Source: Myxococcales bacterium (GTDB lineage: Bacteria > Myxococcota_A > Polyangia > Nannocystales > Nannocystaceae). From it: DNA of 64,000 nucleotides. Position 1 is the stretch's first letter. Each line of letters starts with the position of its first letter. Positions 31,460-39,550 of the stretch are shown here, in pieces. A program made the translations under genes and the position numbers. The stretch covers positions 448,071-512,070 of the forward strand of contig JACKDV010000004.1 in the NCBI GenBank assembly GCA_020633315.1, written 5' to 3'. The notes beneath the pieces were generated by a model. That model searched no databases. It saw only the letters and a list, made by a program, of their open reading frames with translations, and was not told the DNA's origin.

Positions 31460-32743
31460 CTACGGCAGCCGCGACAGGATGCCCGCGGCCATCGACGCGA
31501 ACGCGGGCCCGAAGTCCTGGTCGCAGATCGAGTGCAGGTTGCCGGGGCCGCTCACCGACTGGACCAGGTGCCGGATCCGTACCGGCGGGACCGCCCGCCC
31601 GCTCAGCGACGAGCAGCCGGGGCCGATCCCGAAGTCCTCCTGGAACTGCGGATCCTCGAGCGAGTCGGCGTAGATCACCGAGCCGCCCGGCCCCACGCCG
31701 TTGATCGCCATCACGTACGCGCCCCGATCGCTCAGCTCCTCCACGTAGCCCGCCAGCGGGCGCATCACCGCCTCGATCTCGGGGTCGCCCGCCACCGGGC
31801 TGCCGTCCTCGTCGAGGTTCACCGGGAGGCAGTCGTCGTAGGGGCTGGTCCCGGTGCACTGCACCCCCGCGTTCCAGCACACGGCCGAGCTCGGGGCCGG
31901 AGTCCCCGGGTCGGACCAGAACACGCGGTTGCCGTCGGGCAGGAACACGGTGTCGTGGGAGGGATTGGTGGAGCAGTCGACCTCGTCGGTGACCAGCACC
32001 ACCGCCAACAGAGCGCCGGGGCGCAGGAAGCCCGCGTTGGGATTGCCGGGACTCTCGGCGCGCAGCAGCGCCATCGACAGCGACTCCAGCGGCTGCTCGA
32101 AGCCGCAGCCGTTGATCCCCTGCGGCAGCAGGCAATGCAGCGCCGACGCCACGTCGCCGCCGGGTGCGTTGGTGGTCCCGGTGCTGCGCGCCACATCGAT
32201 CCACGGCACGCTCAGCCCCAGGTTCTCCTGGTCGCACACCGACAGGCAGGCCTCCTCGGTGGAGTCGATGACCGTGGCCCCCTCGAACACGAAGTCCGAG
32301 GAGCGGCTGCGGCAGCTGGTGCCGCGGAAGGTCCCCGCCTCCGGGGTGGTGGTCTGACACCAGGGATTGCCGTTGTCGGTGGTCGTCACCGCGATGCGGT
32401 AGTCCACCGGCGGCACCGCCCCGTCGAGCGCGTTCACCAGCGCATCGACGCCCTGCACCAGCTTGGCCTGCTCCTCGCCCATCGAGCCGGAGTTGTCCAC
32501 CACGAACACGATGTCCACCGCACGCTCGGTGGGCACCACGCCCGTGTCGCTGCCGCCGTCCGAGCCCTCGGAGCCGTCCGAGCCGTCGCTGGTGGCCGAG
32601 GGGTCGTCGGCGCCGGAGTCGGCGCTGCCGCCCGTATCGCCCTCGGTGGTGTCGGTGTCGCCCTCGGGATCGATCAGCACGATGCAGCCGGGCAGCAGGG
32701 CGAGGGTGAGCGGCAGGGCGTGGACGGAGCGGAAGGAACGCAT
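31460..32743 (-). CDS. vWA-domain lipoprotein
   Basis: Internal ATG: MRSFRSVHALPLTLALLPGCIVL (lipobox), acidic linker, then VFVVDNSGSM (MIDAS). Confidence 0.8.
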   Translation of the reverse strand: MRSFRSVHALPLTLALLPGCIVLIDPEGDTDTTEGDTGGSADSGADDPSATSDGSDGSEGSDGGSDTGVVPTERAVDIVFVVDNSGSMGEEQAKLVQGVDALVNALDGAVPPVDYRIAVTTTDNGNPWCQTTTPEAGTFRGTSCRSRSSDFVFEGATVIDSTEEACLSVCDQENLGLSVPWIDVARSTGTTNAPGGDVASALHCLLPQGINGCGFEQPLESLSMALLRAESPGNPNAGFLRPGALLAVVLVTDEVDCSTNPSHDTVFLPDGNRVFWSDPGTPAPSSAVCWNAGVQCTGTSPYDDCLPVNLDEDGSPVAGDPEIEAVMRPLAGYVEELSDRGAYVMAINGVGPGGSVIYADSLEDPQFQEDFGIGPGCSSLSGRAVPPVRIRHLVQSVSGPGNLHSICDQDFGPAFASMAAGILSRLP

Positions 32744-32968
32744 GGAGGGCCTCGAGGGGAAGGGGGAAATCGGAGGCAGGCGAGGAGACCGCTCCTCGTC
32801 TTCGGCCCCGCCATGGCCGGCTCGCCGAGAATCCGTCAGAAAAAAGCATCGCCCCGCCCGAGGCCCCCGCCGACCCACGCGGGCGCATCACCGCGCCTCG
32901 CCGGCCCTCGAGCGGATCGAGCCCGTGACCATCGGCGCCCCGGCGCGTATGAAAGGAAGGGATCGGCC

Positions 32969-33361
32969 ATGGACGCGCTCGTCGACCAGACCCACGCCCA
33001 GCACCTGGCCACGGCCGCTCGCTGGCTGGGCTTCGGGGTGGCCTCGCTGCCCGTGCTCGACCTCGCTGATCGCGCTGGCCTGTTCGTCCTGCTCGCCTCC
33101 CCCTCCTCGCTCGAGCTGGGCGGGCTGCTGCTGCCCCTGCTCCAGATCGCCTTCTTCGTGGCAGTGGGCGTGGGCGCCAGCATGGTGCTCCGACGCCACC
33201 GCCCGCCTGCGCGCCCGTGGTTCTTCGCCGGCTGCGTGCTGCCGGTGATCGTCTATGTGCTGTCCACCGGCCTGCGCCTCGCGGCGGTGGCGTCGCTCGT
33301 CGCCCTGTGCCTCGCCTTCGTCCAGCTGCGGCTGGCGCGGAGCACCGAGCCCTCGCGATGA
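32969..33361 (+). CDS. Small polytopic membrane protein (130 aa), unannotated sub-ORF
   Basis: ATG preceded by GAAAGGAAGG 9 nt upstream. The translation MDALVDQTHAQHLATAARWLGFGVASLPVLDL...LLLPLLQIAFFVAVGVGASMVL...FFAGCVLPVIVYVLSTGLRLAAVASLVALCLAFVQL has 3-4 TM helices. In the track it is buried in the artefact ORF 31223..33361. Confidence 0.55.
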   Translation: MDALVDQTHAQHLATAARWLGFGVASLPVLDLADRAGLFVLLASPSSLELGGLLLPLLQIAFFVAVGVGASMVLRRHRPPARPWFFAGCVLPVIVYVLSTGLRLAAVASLVALCLAFVQLRLARSTEPSR

Positions 33362-33495
33362 CATGAGGAATGTCTCGCACCGCGCCCCAGCGGTTGCGCG
33401 ACCACGACTCGTCCCCGCCCTGCACCCCGAGGGAGGCGACGATCGACGTCTCCGTGGTCTTGAAGCTTCGGTGGTAGTGCTCCATACATGAGCCG

Positions 33496-34929
33496 ATGCT
33501 CCGCCGCCTTCGCCTGCCCTTCGTGATCGCCTGCACCCTCGCTTGGCCCGCGGCAGCGCTCGCCGCCACGCCGAGCGCCGAGGCGCAGTCGAGCGACGAC
33601 GAGCCGGTGGGGGTCTACGGCGGCGACTTCGTGCAGGACTGCGGCTGGCCCACCACCGTCTCGATGGAGGGCCAGTGCACCGGCACCCTCATCCACCCGC
33701 AGGTGGTGGTCTACGCGGCGCACTGCGGCAGCAACTACGGCAGCGTGCAGCTCGGCGAGGAGATCGCCCCGGGCCACGCCCGCTCGGTGAGCACCGAGTA
33801 CTGCCGCACCTACGGCAACTTCGACGCGGGGGCCGGCACCGACTGGGCCTTCTGCGTGCTGTCCGAGCCGCAGGACGACATCGCCATCGTGCCGCCGCTG
33901 ATGGGCTGCGAGCTCGACGTGCTGGAGCCCGGCACCCCGGTGACCATCGTGGGCTTCGGCCAGGCCGAGACCGGCTACGGCAGCAAGAAGGAGGTCACCA
34001 CCGAGTTCGGCTTCTTCGCGGGCGACGAGGTGTTCCTGGGCGGCGGCGGCGAGGATGCCTGCAGCGGCGACTCGGGCGGTCCCGTGTTCGTGCAGATGCC
34101 CGACTCGGGGAGCTGGCGGGCCTTCGGCATCACCTCCTACGGCTCGGCCAACTGCCTTCAGGGCGGCTACTACTCGCTCATCCCGCTGGGCATGCCCTGG
34201 TTCGAGTCCGAGACCGGCTTCGACCTCACGCCCTGCCACGACGCCGACGGCAACTGGACCCCGGGCCCGCGCTGCCAGGACTTCCCCCTCATGCCCATGA
34301 GCGCGGGCGGAGCCTGGGCCGACGGCTGCGATCCGGGCGACCTCGGGGGCGCCGAGTCCACCTGCGGCGCGGCCTTCGATCCCTCCGACGACACCGTCGC
34401 GCCGATCGTCGCGTTCGTGCAGCCCCCCAACGAGAGCCGCTTCGAGAGCGACCCCGAGACCGGCACGGCCAACGTCGCCATCGAGATCAGTGCACAGGAC
34501 GAGGGCTACGGCGTGGACACGGTGGAGCTGCTGATCAACGGCAGCAGCATCCCCGGCGGCGTGCTCGAGGTGGAGCCCTACACCTTCAACCTGCTGCTGC
34601 CGCCCGGCAGCTACGAGCTCGATGCCATCGCCACCGACTTCTCGGGCAACCAGGGCGAGGCCGAGCCCCTCTACGTGGGCGTGGACATGGATCCGGTGGT
34701 GCCCGATCCCGAGCCGGCCGACGACAGCGGCGGCACCGGGCTCGACACCGGCAGCGAGACCGACGGCCTGCCCGGCGGCACCGGGAACGACGGAAGCGGC
34801 AGCGGCAACCCCGGGGCCGACGGCGACGCGAGCGGCTGCGGCTGCCGCAGCTCCGGCTCGAGCCCGGGCGCGCTGGTCCTCGGCCTGCTGGGCCTGATGC
34901 TGGTCCGCCGCCGTTCGTCGGCGGCCTAG
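33496..34929 (+). CDS. Trypsin-like (S1) serine protease with MYXO-CTERM sorting tail
   Basis: Signal peptide, TGTLIHPQVVVYAAHC (His) and GDSGGPVF (Ser). The C-terminus GCGCRSSGSS-PGALVLGLLGLMLVRRR is MYXO-CTERM. Confidence 0.9.
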   Translation: MLRRLRLPFVIACTLAWPAAALAATPSAEAQSSDDEPVGVYGGDFVQDCGWPTTVSMEGQCTGTLIHPQVVVYAAHCGSNYGSVQLGEEIAPGHARSVSTEYCRTYGNFDAGAGTDWAFCVLSEPQDDIAIVPPLMGCELDVLEPGTPVTIVGFGQAETGYGSKKEVTTEFGFFAGDEVFLGGGGEDACSGDSGGPVFVQMPDSGSWRAFGITSYGSANCLQGGYYSLIPLGMPWFESETGFDLTPCHDADGNWTPGPRCQDFPLMPMSAGGAWADGCDPGDLGGAESTCGAAFDPSDDTVAPIVAFVQPPNESRFESDPETGTANVAIEISAQDEGYGVDTVELLINGSSIPGGVLEVEPYTFNLLLPPGSYELDAIATDFSGNQGEAEPLYVGVDMDPVVPDPEPADDSGGTGLDTGSETDGLPGGTGNDGSGSGNPGADGDASGCGCRSSGSSPGALVLGLLGLMLVRRRSSAA

Positions 34930-34985
34930 TCCTGGGCCTGCTGGGCCTGGTGCTGGTCCGCCGCCGTCCTTCGGCCGTGGTCTAG
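34873..34985 (+). repeat. Tandem ~57-bp duplication of the MYXO-CTERM tail coding segment
   Basis: The second copy begins at the protease stop codon and encodes LVLGLLGLVLVRRRPSAVV* in another frame. The first copy encodes LVLGLLGLMLVRRRSSAA*. Confidence 0.75.
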
Positions 34986-36283
34986 CCCTCGGCCTGCTTG
35001 GCCTGCCAGCGCCGCGCCGCCGGCGAGTCGAGCGGATCGCCGCCGGTGGTGAACAGGGTGATGCCCTGCGCGCTCGCGGGCGGCCCCGCGTGCACGATGT
35101 GGTGCACGCTGCCCACGAAGGGCTGGGCCAGCCACTGCTGGAAGTTGGCGATCGGCTGCACGTTGTAGCGGTAGTCGTCGTTGGCCGCCTTGGCGGTGAT
35201 GGTGCGCAGCAGCACCGCGTCGTCGGCCCACGGCAGCGAGGCCACGCTCTGCCGGAACACGGGAGAGTAGCGCTTCCAGTACTGCTCGGCGTTGCTGAGG
35301 TAGAGCACCCGCAGCGGGACCCCCAGGGCCTGGGCCGCCTCGCCGATGCCGGCGAGCCCCTCGCGCTCGAGCAGGTTCACCCGCAGGGCCCGGATGCGCC
35401 GCTGCTCGAGCATCAGGCGCACGTAGTCGTAGGTCTCCTGGTCGTCGAAGACCGTGGGCACGCCCACCTTGGCCATGCGACGCCGGACCGCCCGCAGGCG
35501 ACCGTGGATCCGCCCGCTGCCGCTGCGGTACCAGTAGCGGAGCTCGCGAGCGCGCGGCTCGGGGTGGGCGGCGGCGATGATCTCGAGCGCCCGGGGTCGC
35601 CCGCCCTCCGACCACAGCGCGACCATCTCCTGGGGCGTGTCGGCGTGGAGGAAGAACAGGCGATACAGCTCGTGGATCTCCTGCACCGCGGGGTCGTAGT
35701 CCACCAGCCACGCGAGCTCCGAGCGGGCCCAGCCCACGAACAGGTAGCCCTGGTCGGTGCCCACGCCCAGGTACCCGCCGCCCACGCCCGCAAGCGCGGA
35801 GTGGAACGCATCGAGGGCCTTCTCGTTGCTCGACAGGTAGTGCTTGTTCTCCTGCGAGGGCGCCACGCCGCCGCGGTGCACCGGCACCGGATCCTCGGCC
35901 GTGCCGAACAGGATCGCAACCTGCTCCTCGTCGAGCGGGACCAGGCCGCCCGCGCTCGGGGTCGCGGCCGCGACCTCGGCCGACGGCTCCACCCTCGCCG
36001 ACGGCTCCACCCTCGCCGACGGCTCCACCCTCGCCGACGGCTCCACCCTCGCCGACGGCTCCACCCTCGCCGGCGGCTCGGCGGGAGCCTCCACCGCGGC
36101 TCGCGGCTCGCGGGGGCTCGGGGCCTCGGCGACGGCGGCAGCCTCCTCGGGCCGTGGCCCCCCGTCGGGGCTCGTCGCTCCCCCCTGCGCGGTGCAGGCG
36201 AGCAGGCCGAGGACGACCAGGGCGGAGGCGAGGGGGCGGTGGCTCACCCGAGATCTCATGCGCCCACCCGTCGCGAAGCGCAA
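34982..36283 (-). CDS. Hypothetical lipoprotein with (ARVEPS)x5 repeat
   Basis: ASALVVLGLLACTAQGG lipobox and a Pro/Ala/Glu linker containing 5 tandem 6-aa repeats. The conserved-looking C-terminal domain has YLGVGTDQGYLFVGWARSELAWLVDYDP. Confidence 0.7.
   Translation of the reverse strand: MRFATGGRMRSRVSHRPLASALVVLGLLACTAQGGATSPDGGPRPEEAAAVAEAPSPREPRAAVEAPAEPPARVEPSARVEPSARVEPSARVEPSARVEPSAEVAAATPSAGGLVPLDEEQVAILFGTAEDPVPVHRGGVAPSQENKHYLSSNEKALDAFHSALAGVGGGYLGVGTDQGYLFVGWARSELAWLVDYDPAVQEIHELYRLFFLHADTPQEMVALWSEGGRPRALEIIAAAHPEPRARELRYWYRSGSGRIHGRLRAVRRRMAKVGVPTVFDDQETYDYVRLMLEQRRIRALRVNLLEREGLAGIGEAAQALGVPLRVLYLSNAEQYWKRYSPVFRQSVASLPWADDAVLLRTITAKAANDDYRYNVQPIANFQQWLAQPFVGSVHHIVHAGPPASAQGITLFTTGGDPLDSPAARRWQAKQAEG
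35982..36071. repeat. 18-bp x5 in-frame tandem repeat (GACGGCTCCACCCTCGCC) inside lipoprotein gene
   Basis: Five perfect copies plus a degenerate sixth. They encode (ARVEPS)5 on the minus strand. Confidence 0.85.
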
Positions 36284-36354
36284 GCTTCCGGCGAACGGAG
36301 CAGGCCCGGGTGGTATGGTGCATCACCCCGCGCCCGGAGGGACGGGGACCTGCC

Positions 36355-36831
36355 ATGCGGATCGTGTGCATCTCCGACACGCACGGACGCCACGCGCGGC
36401 TGGAGGTCCCGCCCTGCGACCTGCCGATCCATGCCGGCGACGCCACCCGCCGCGGTCGCCTCGAGGAGCTGCGCTCCGCCCTGGCCTGGATGTCCCGCCG
36501 CTTCCGTCGCATGGCCTACAACCGCGAGCGCGGCCCGGAGATCGCCGCACACTGGGCCGCGATCCCCGAGGGCCTCGACCTGCTGCTCACCCACGGCCCC
36601 CCGCGGGGGGTGGGCGACCGGGCGATCCTCGGGGTGAACGCGGGCTGCGACGACCTGCTGGCGCGCGTGCACCTGGTGCGGCCGCGGGTGCACGTGTTCG
36701 GGCACATCCACGAGGCGGCCGGGGAGTACCGCCTGCCCGGCCTGCCCACGCGCTTCTACAACGTGGCGAGCAGCCGCCTGCTGGGCTGGACCCGCGCGCC
36801 GGTGGTGCTCGAGCTGCCGCCCTCGTGCTAG
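36355..36831 (+). CDS. Metallophosphoesterase (calcineurin-like, YfcE/MJ0936-type)
   Basis: Internal ATG after GAGGGA: MRIVCISDTHGRH, IHAGD, LLTHGPP, VFGHIHE. Confidence 0.8.
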   Translation: MRIVCISDTHGRHARLEVPPCDLPIHAGDATRRGRLEELRSALAWMSRRFRRMAYNRERGPEIAAHWAAIPEGLDLLLTHGPPRGVGDRAILGVNAGCDDLLARVHLVRPRVHVFGHIHEAAGEYRLPGLPTRFYNVASSRLLGWTRAPVVLELPPSC

Positions 36832-36842
36832 ATGCCACCGCG

Positions 36843-37859
36843 ATGACCTCGAACCGCAGCTTCACCCTCGTCTCGCGCCCCCAGGGCGAGCTCGCCGATT
36901 CCGACCTCGCCTTGCACGAGGCGCCGATCGTCGCGCCCGCCAAGGGCCAGATCCAGGTGCGGACCACCTGCATCTCCCTCGATCCCACCAACCGCATCTG
37001 GATGAGCGACGTGCCGCAGTACATGCCGCCGATCGCGATCGGCGAGGTGGTGCGAGCGCTCGGCGTGGCGGTGGTGGAGCAGTCGGCCCACCCCGACTTC
37101 GCGGTGGGCGATCGCGTGGTGGGCCTGCCCGGCTGGGCCACGCACCCCACCATGGATCCGGCCGCGGCCGCGTTCCAGAAGCTCCCGGCCGGGCTCGACA
37201 TGTCCGACGCCAAGGTGCTCGGCCTGCTCGGCACCACCAGCGGGATGACGGCCTACTTCGGCCTGCTCGACGTGCTCGAGCCCACGGCGGGGCAGACCCT
37301 GGTCGTCGACGCGGCGGCGGGCTCGGTGGGCTCGCTGGTCGGACAGATCGCCAAGCTCCACGGCTGCCGCGTGGTGGGCATCGCGGGCGGCCCCCGCAAG
37401 GTCCAGTACCTCACCGAGACCCTCGGGCTCGACGCGGGCATCGACTACAAGAACGAGGACGTGGGCGCCGCGCTCGACCGGCACTGCCCCGACGGGATCG
37501 ACCTGTGCTTCGAGAACGTGGGCGGCCCGATCTTCGACGAGATCCTCATGCGCATGAACAACCACGGCCGCGTGTCGCTGTGCGGGCTGATCTCCGGCTA
37601 CAACGCGGCCGGCATCGAGCGGGTGCCGGGCCCCTACGCCTTCGGCATGATCCTCATGCGTCGGCTGCGGGTGCAGGGCTTCATCATCCTCGACTACGCA
37701 CCGCGCTTCGCCGAGGCCACGGCCACGCTGCTGGAGTGGGGCCAGCAGGGCAAGCTCGTCACCCTGGAAGACGTGCGCACGGGCTTCGACCAGCTGCCCG
37801 AGTCGCTGCGCCAGCTCCTTCGCGGCGAGAAGCACGGCAAGATGGTGCTCGTGCCGTAG
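36843..37859 (+). CDS. NADP-dependent oxidoreductase, MDR superfamily (CurA/YncB/PTGR-like)
   Basis: Internal ATG 11 nt after the preceding gene. Rossmann motif AAAGSVGSLVGQIAKLHGCRVVGIAGG. 338 aa. Confidence 0.85.
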   Translation: MTSNRSFTLVSRPQGELADSDLALHEAPIVAPAKGQIQVRTTCISLDPTNRIWMSDVPQYMPPIAIGEVVRALGVAVVEQSAHPDFAVGDRVVGLPGWATHPTMDPAAAAFQKLPAGLDMSDAKVLGLLGTTSGMTAYFGLLDVLEPTAGQTLVVDAAAGSVGSLVGQIAKLHGCRVVGIAGGPRKVQYLTETLGLDAGIDYKNEDVGAALDRHCPDGIDLCFENVGGPIFDEILMRMNNHGRVSLCGLISGYNAAGIERVPGPYAFGMILMRRLRVQGFIILDYAPRFAEATATLLEWGQQGKLVTLEDVRTGFDQLPESLRQLLRGEKHGKMVLVP

Positions 37860-38037
37860 CGCCCGCGATCGCACGGGCCCCCGTCGATCGCGCCGGGCGC
37901 CCGCGAGGATCACCCTCCCGCCTCCGTCCTCGCCGCCTGCGCGCCGTCTTCGCCGAAGCCCGCGAGATCCCTCGATCATCGGCTCGTTCGGCCGCCGCGC
38001 CGAGCTCGCTGGCGATACGTTCCGCGCTCTCGTACCG

Positions 38038-38694
38038 TTGTCCATCCCAGTGAGCCGACCGAGCCTCTTCGCCTCTGCGAGCTTGCCCGCGGCTGCCGCC
38101 GCGGACGGCAGCGTGTGGGTGTGGCCCGCGGAGGCAGAGCCGGAGGCCCCCGATGCAACGCGGGCCGAGCCCGTCGACGAGGTGCCCTGGGACGACATGA
38201 TGCGTCGCCACGGCCGTCGCGTGGTGGTGGCCCTGGTCGCGCAGGGCGTGCCGCTCGAGCGCGCCAAGGAGCTGGCCCAGGATGCGTGGCTGCGGGTGAT
38301 CGATCGTCACCGCCGCGGCCACATCACCGACCTGCAGCTGCCGGGGCTGGTGATCGCCCAGGCCGGCTTCCTCGCCCGCGACGACATGCGTCGTCGCGAT
38401 CGACGCTCGCGGCTCGACGAGCCGCACCGCCAGGCGGCCGCCAACGACCTGAGCCTCGATCTCGAGGATCAGCTCGACGCGCGGCAGCGGCTGCGAGTGG
38501 TGCGGAGCGTGCTCGACCGCGCCTCGCCCAACGCCCAGCGGGTGTTCGGGCTGCTGTACGGCGAGCGGGCCATGAGCCCCGCCGAGGTGGCGACCGAGCT
38601 GGGCCTGTCGGTCCAGCGCGTACGACAGATCGTCTGTGAGCTCCGCAAGCGCATGCGGGCGGCAATCGCCGAGCCCGGGAGGAAGCTGCGATGA
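38038..38694 (+). CDS. ECF-type RNA polymerase sigma factor
   Basis: Region 2 (ERAKELAQDAWLRVIDRH) and region 4 (MSPAEVATELGLSVQRVRQIVCELRKRM). The start is uncertain: the track start is TTG, and the first ATG is around 38197. Confidence 0.8.
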   Translation: MSIPVSRPSLFASASLPAAAAADGSVWVWPAEAEPEAPDATRAEPVDEVPWDDMMRRHGRRVVVALVAQGVPLERAKELAQDAWLRVIDRHRRGHITDLQLPGLVIAQAGFLARDDMRRRDRRSRLDEPHRQAAANDLSLDLEDQLDARQRLRVVRSVLDRASPNAQRVFGLLYGERAMSPAEVATELGLSVQRVRQIVCELRKRMRAAIAEPGRKLR

Positions 38695-39284
38695 AGGTCA
38701 TTGTCCTCGATGGCCATCCTCGTCAAGAGGAGCTGGCCGACTACGTCAGCGATGCACTGTCCGCCGCGCAGAGCGAGCGGCTCGAGGAGCACCTGCTCGA
38801 CTGCCCGCGCTGTGCCGCTCGCCTGCAAGAGGCCGCGAGCTTCCAGCTGCTCCTGCACGAGGCCGCCGAGTCCCTCGAGTCCGATCGCCGCGCGCCGCCC
38901 TCGAGGCTCCGCCGCGTGGGTCGACGCCTGGGCGCCGTGGGCGGGCTGTGGGGTGCCGCGGCTGCGTTCGCGCTGGTGCTCATGCGACCGCCCACCGACG
39001 ACACCGAGCCGGTGCCCGTGGTGACCCTGGCCGACGATCCCTCGCCCGAGCGCTCCGACGATCGCCGCTGGAGCGGGGAGTGCGACCCGACCGACATCGG
39101 CTGCGCCGAGGCCCTGCTCGCCAGCGTCGATCCCCTCGAGAGCGTCGACCCGCTCTCCTCGTGGCCCGACGATCCCCTGGTGCGCTCGGTGTTCGACTCC
39201 GAGCCCAGCCTGGAGCCCTGCGGCTCGGGCGAGGACGGGGGCATGCTCGTCTGCCCGGTGGACGACGATCCGTTCTCCGGCTAG
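38691..39284 (+). CDS. Anti-sigma factor, zf-HC2 (ZAS) type, single TM
   Basis: EEHLLDCPRC matches H-x3-C-x2-C. The TM segment is LGAVGGLWGAAAAFALVLM. The start overlaps the sigma gene stop (ATGA). Confidence 0.8.
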   Translation: MKVIVLDGHPRQEELADYVSDALSAAQSERLEEHLLDCPRCAARLQEAASFQLLLHEAAESLESDRRAPPSRLRRVGRRLGAVGGLWGAAAAFALVLMRPPTDDTEPVPVVTLADDPSPERSDDRRWSGECDPTDIGCAEALLASVDPLESVDPLSSWPDDPLVRSVFDSEPSLEPCGSGEDGGMLVCPVDDDPFSG

Positions 39285-39550
39285 CGCCTGCTGCAGCGCC
39301 GCACCGAAGGCGGTCTGCACCGGACCCGCCGAGCCCGCCACGACCGGCGGGCAACCGAGCCATGGCTCGCACGGGGGCACTCGGGGCACGCGGGGGCACG
39401 CGGGGGAAAAAAGTAGAGCCCGTCGTGCGCGAGACCGAGGCGCATCGAGCGGCATCATGCTCCCGAGCGCCCGGGATCCCGCATTTGCTCCCACGACCGC
39501 GACGACCGAGCCCGATCGCTTGACCGCGCACACGCCCGCACCTAAAACCG

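Noticed and set aside
31089-33569. ORFs 31089..33569 (-) 826 aa, 31223..33361 (+) 712 aa, 30573..31673 (+)
   Set aside because: Low-complexity R/G/A/P translations. Only the last 130 codons of 31223..33361 look like a real membrane protein (reported separately).
34195-34212. tRNA-like T-arm motif GGTTCGAGTCC
   Set aside because: It lies inside the S1 protease CDS, in frame (PWFESETG), with no acceptor or anticodon stems around it. No tRNA is called anywhere in the window.
36828-38427. ORFs 36828..38267 (-) and 37759..38427 (-) antisense to the oxidoreductase and sigma genes
   Set aside because: Low-complexity Arg/Gly translations, contradicted by strong plus-strand domain evidence.
39508-39550. 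Sigma-70-like TTGACC-N17-TAAAAC immediately before the protease ATG
   Set aside because: The -10 element ends 2 nt before the start codon, incompatible with normal TSS spacing unless the transcript is leaderless. It is too weak to call.
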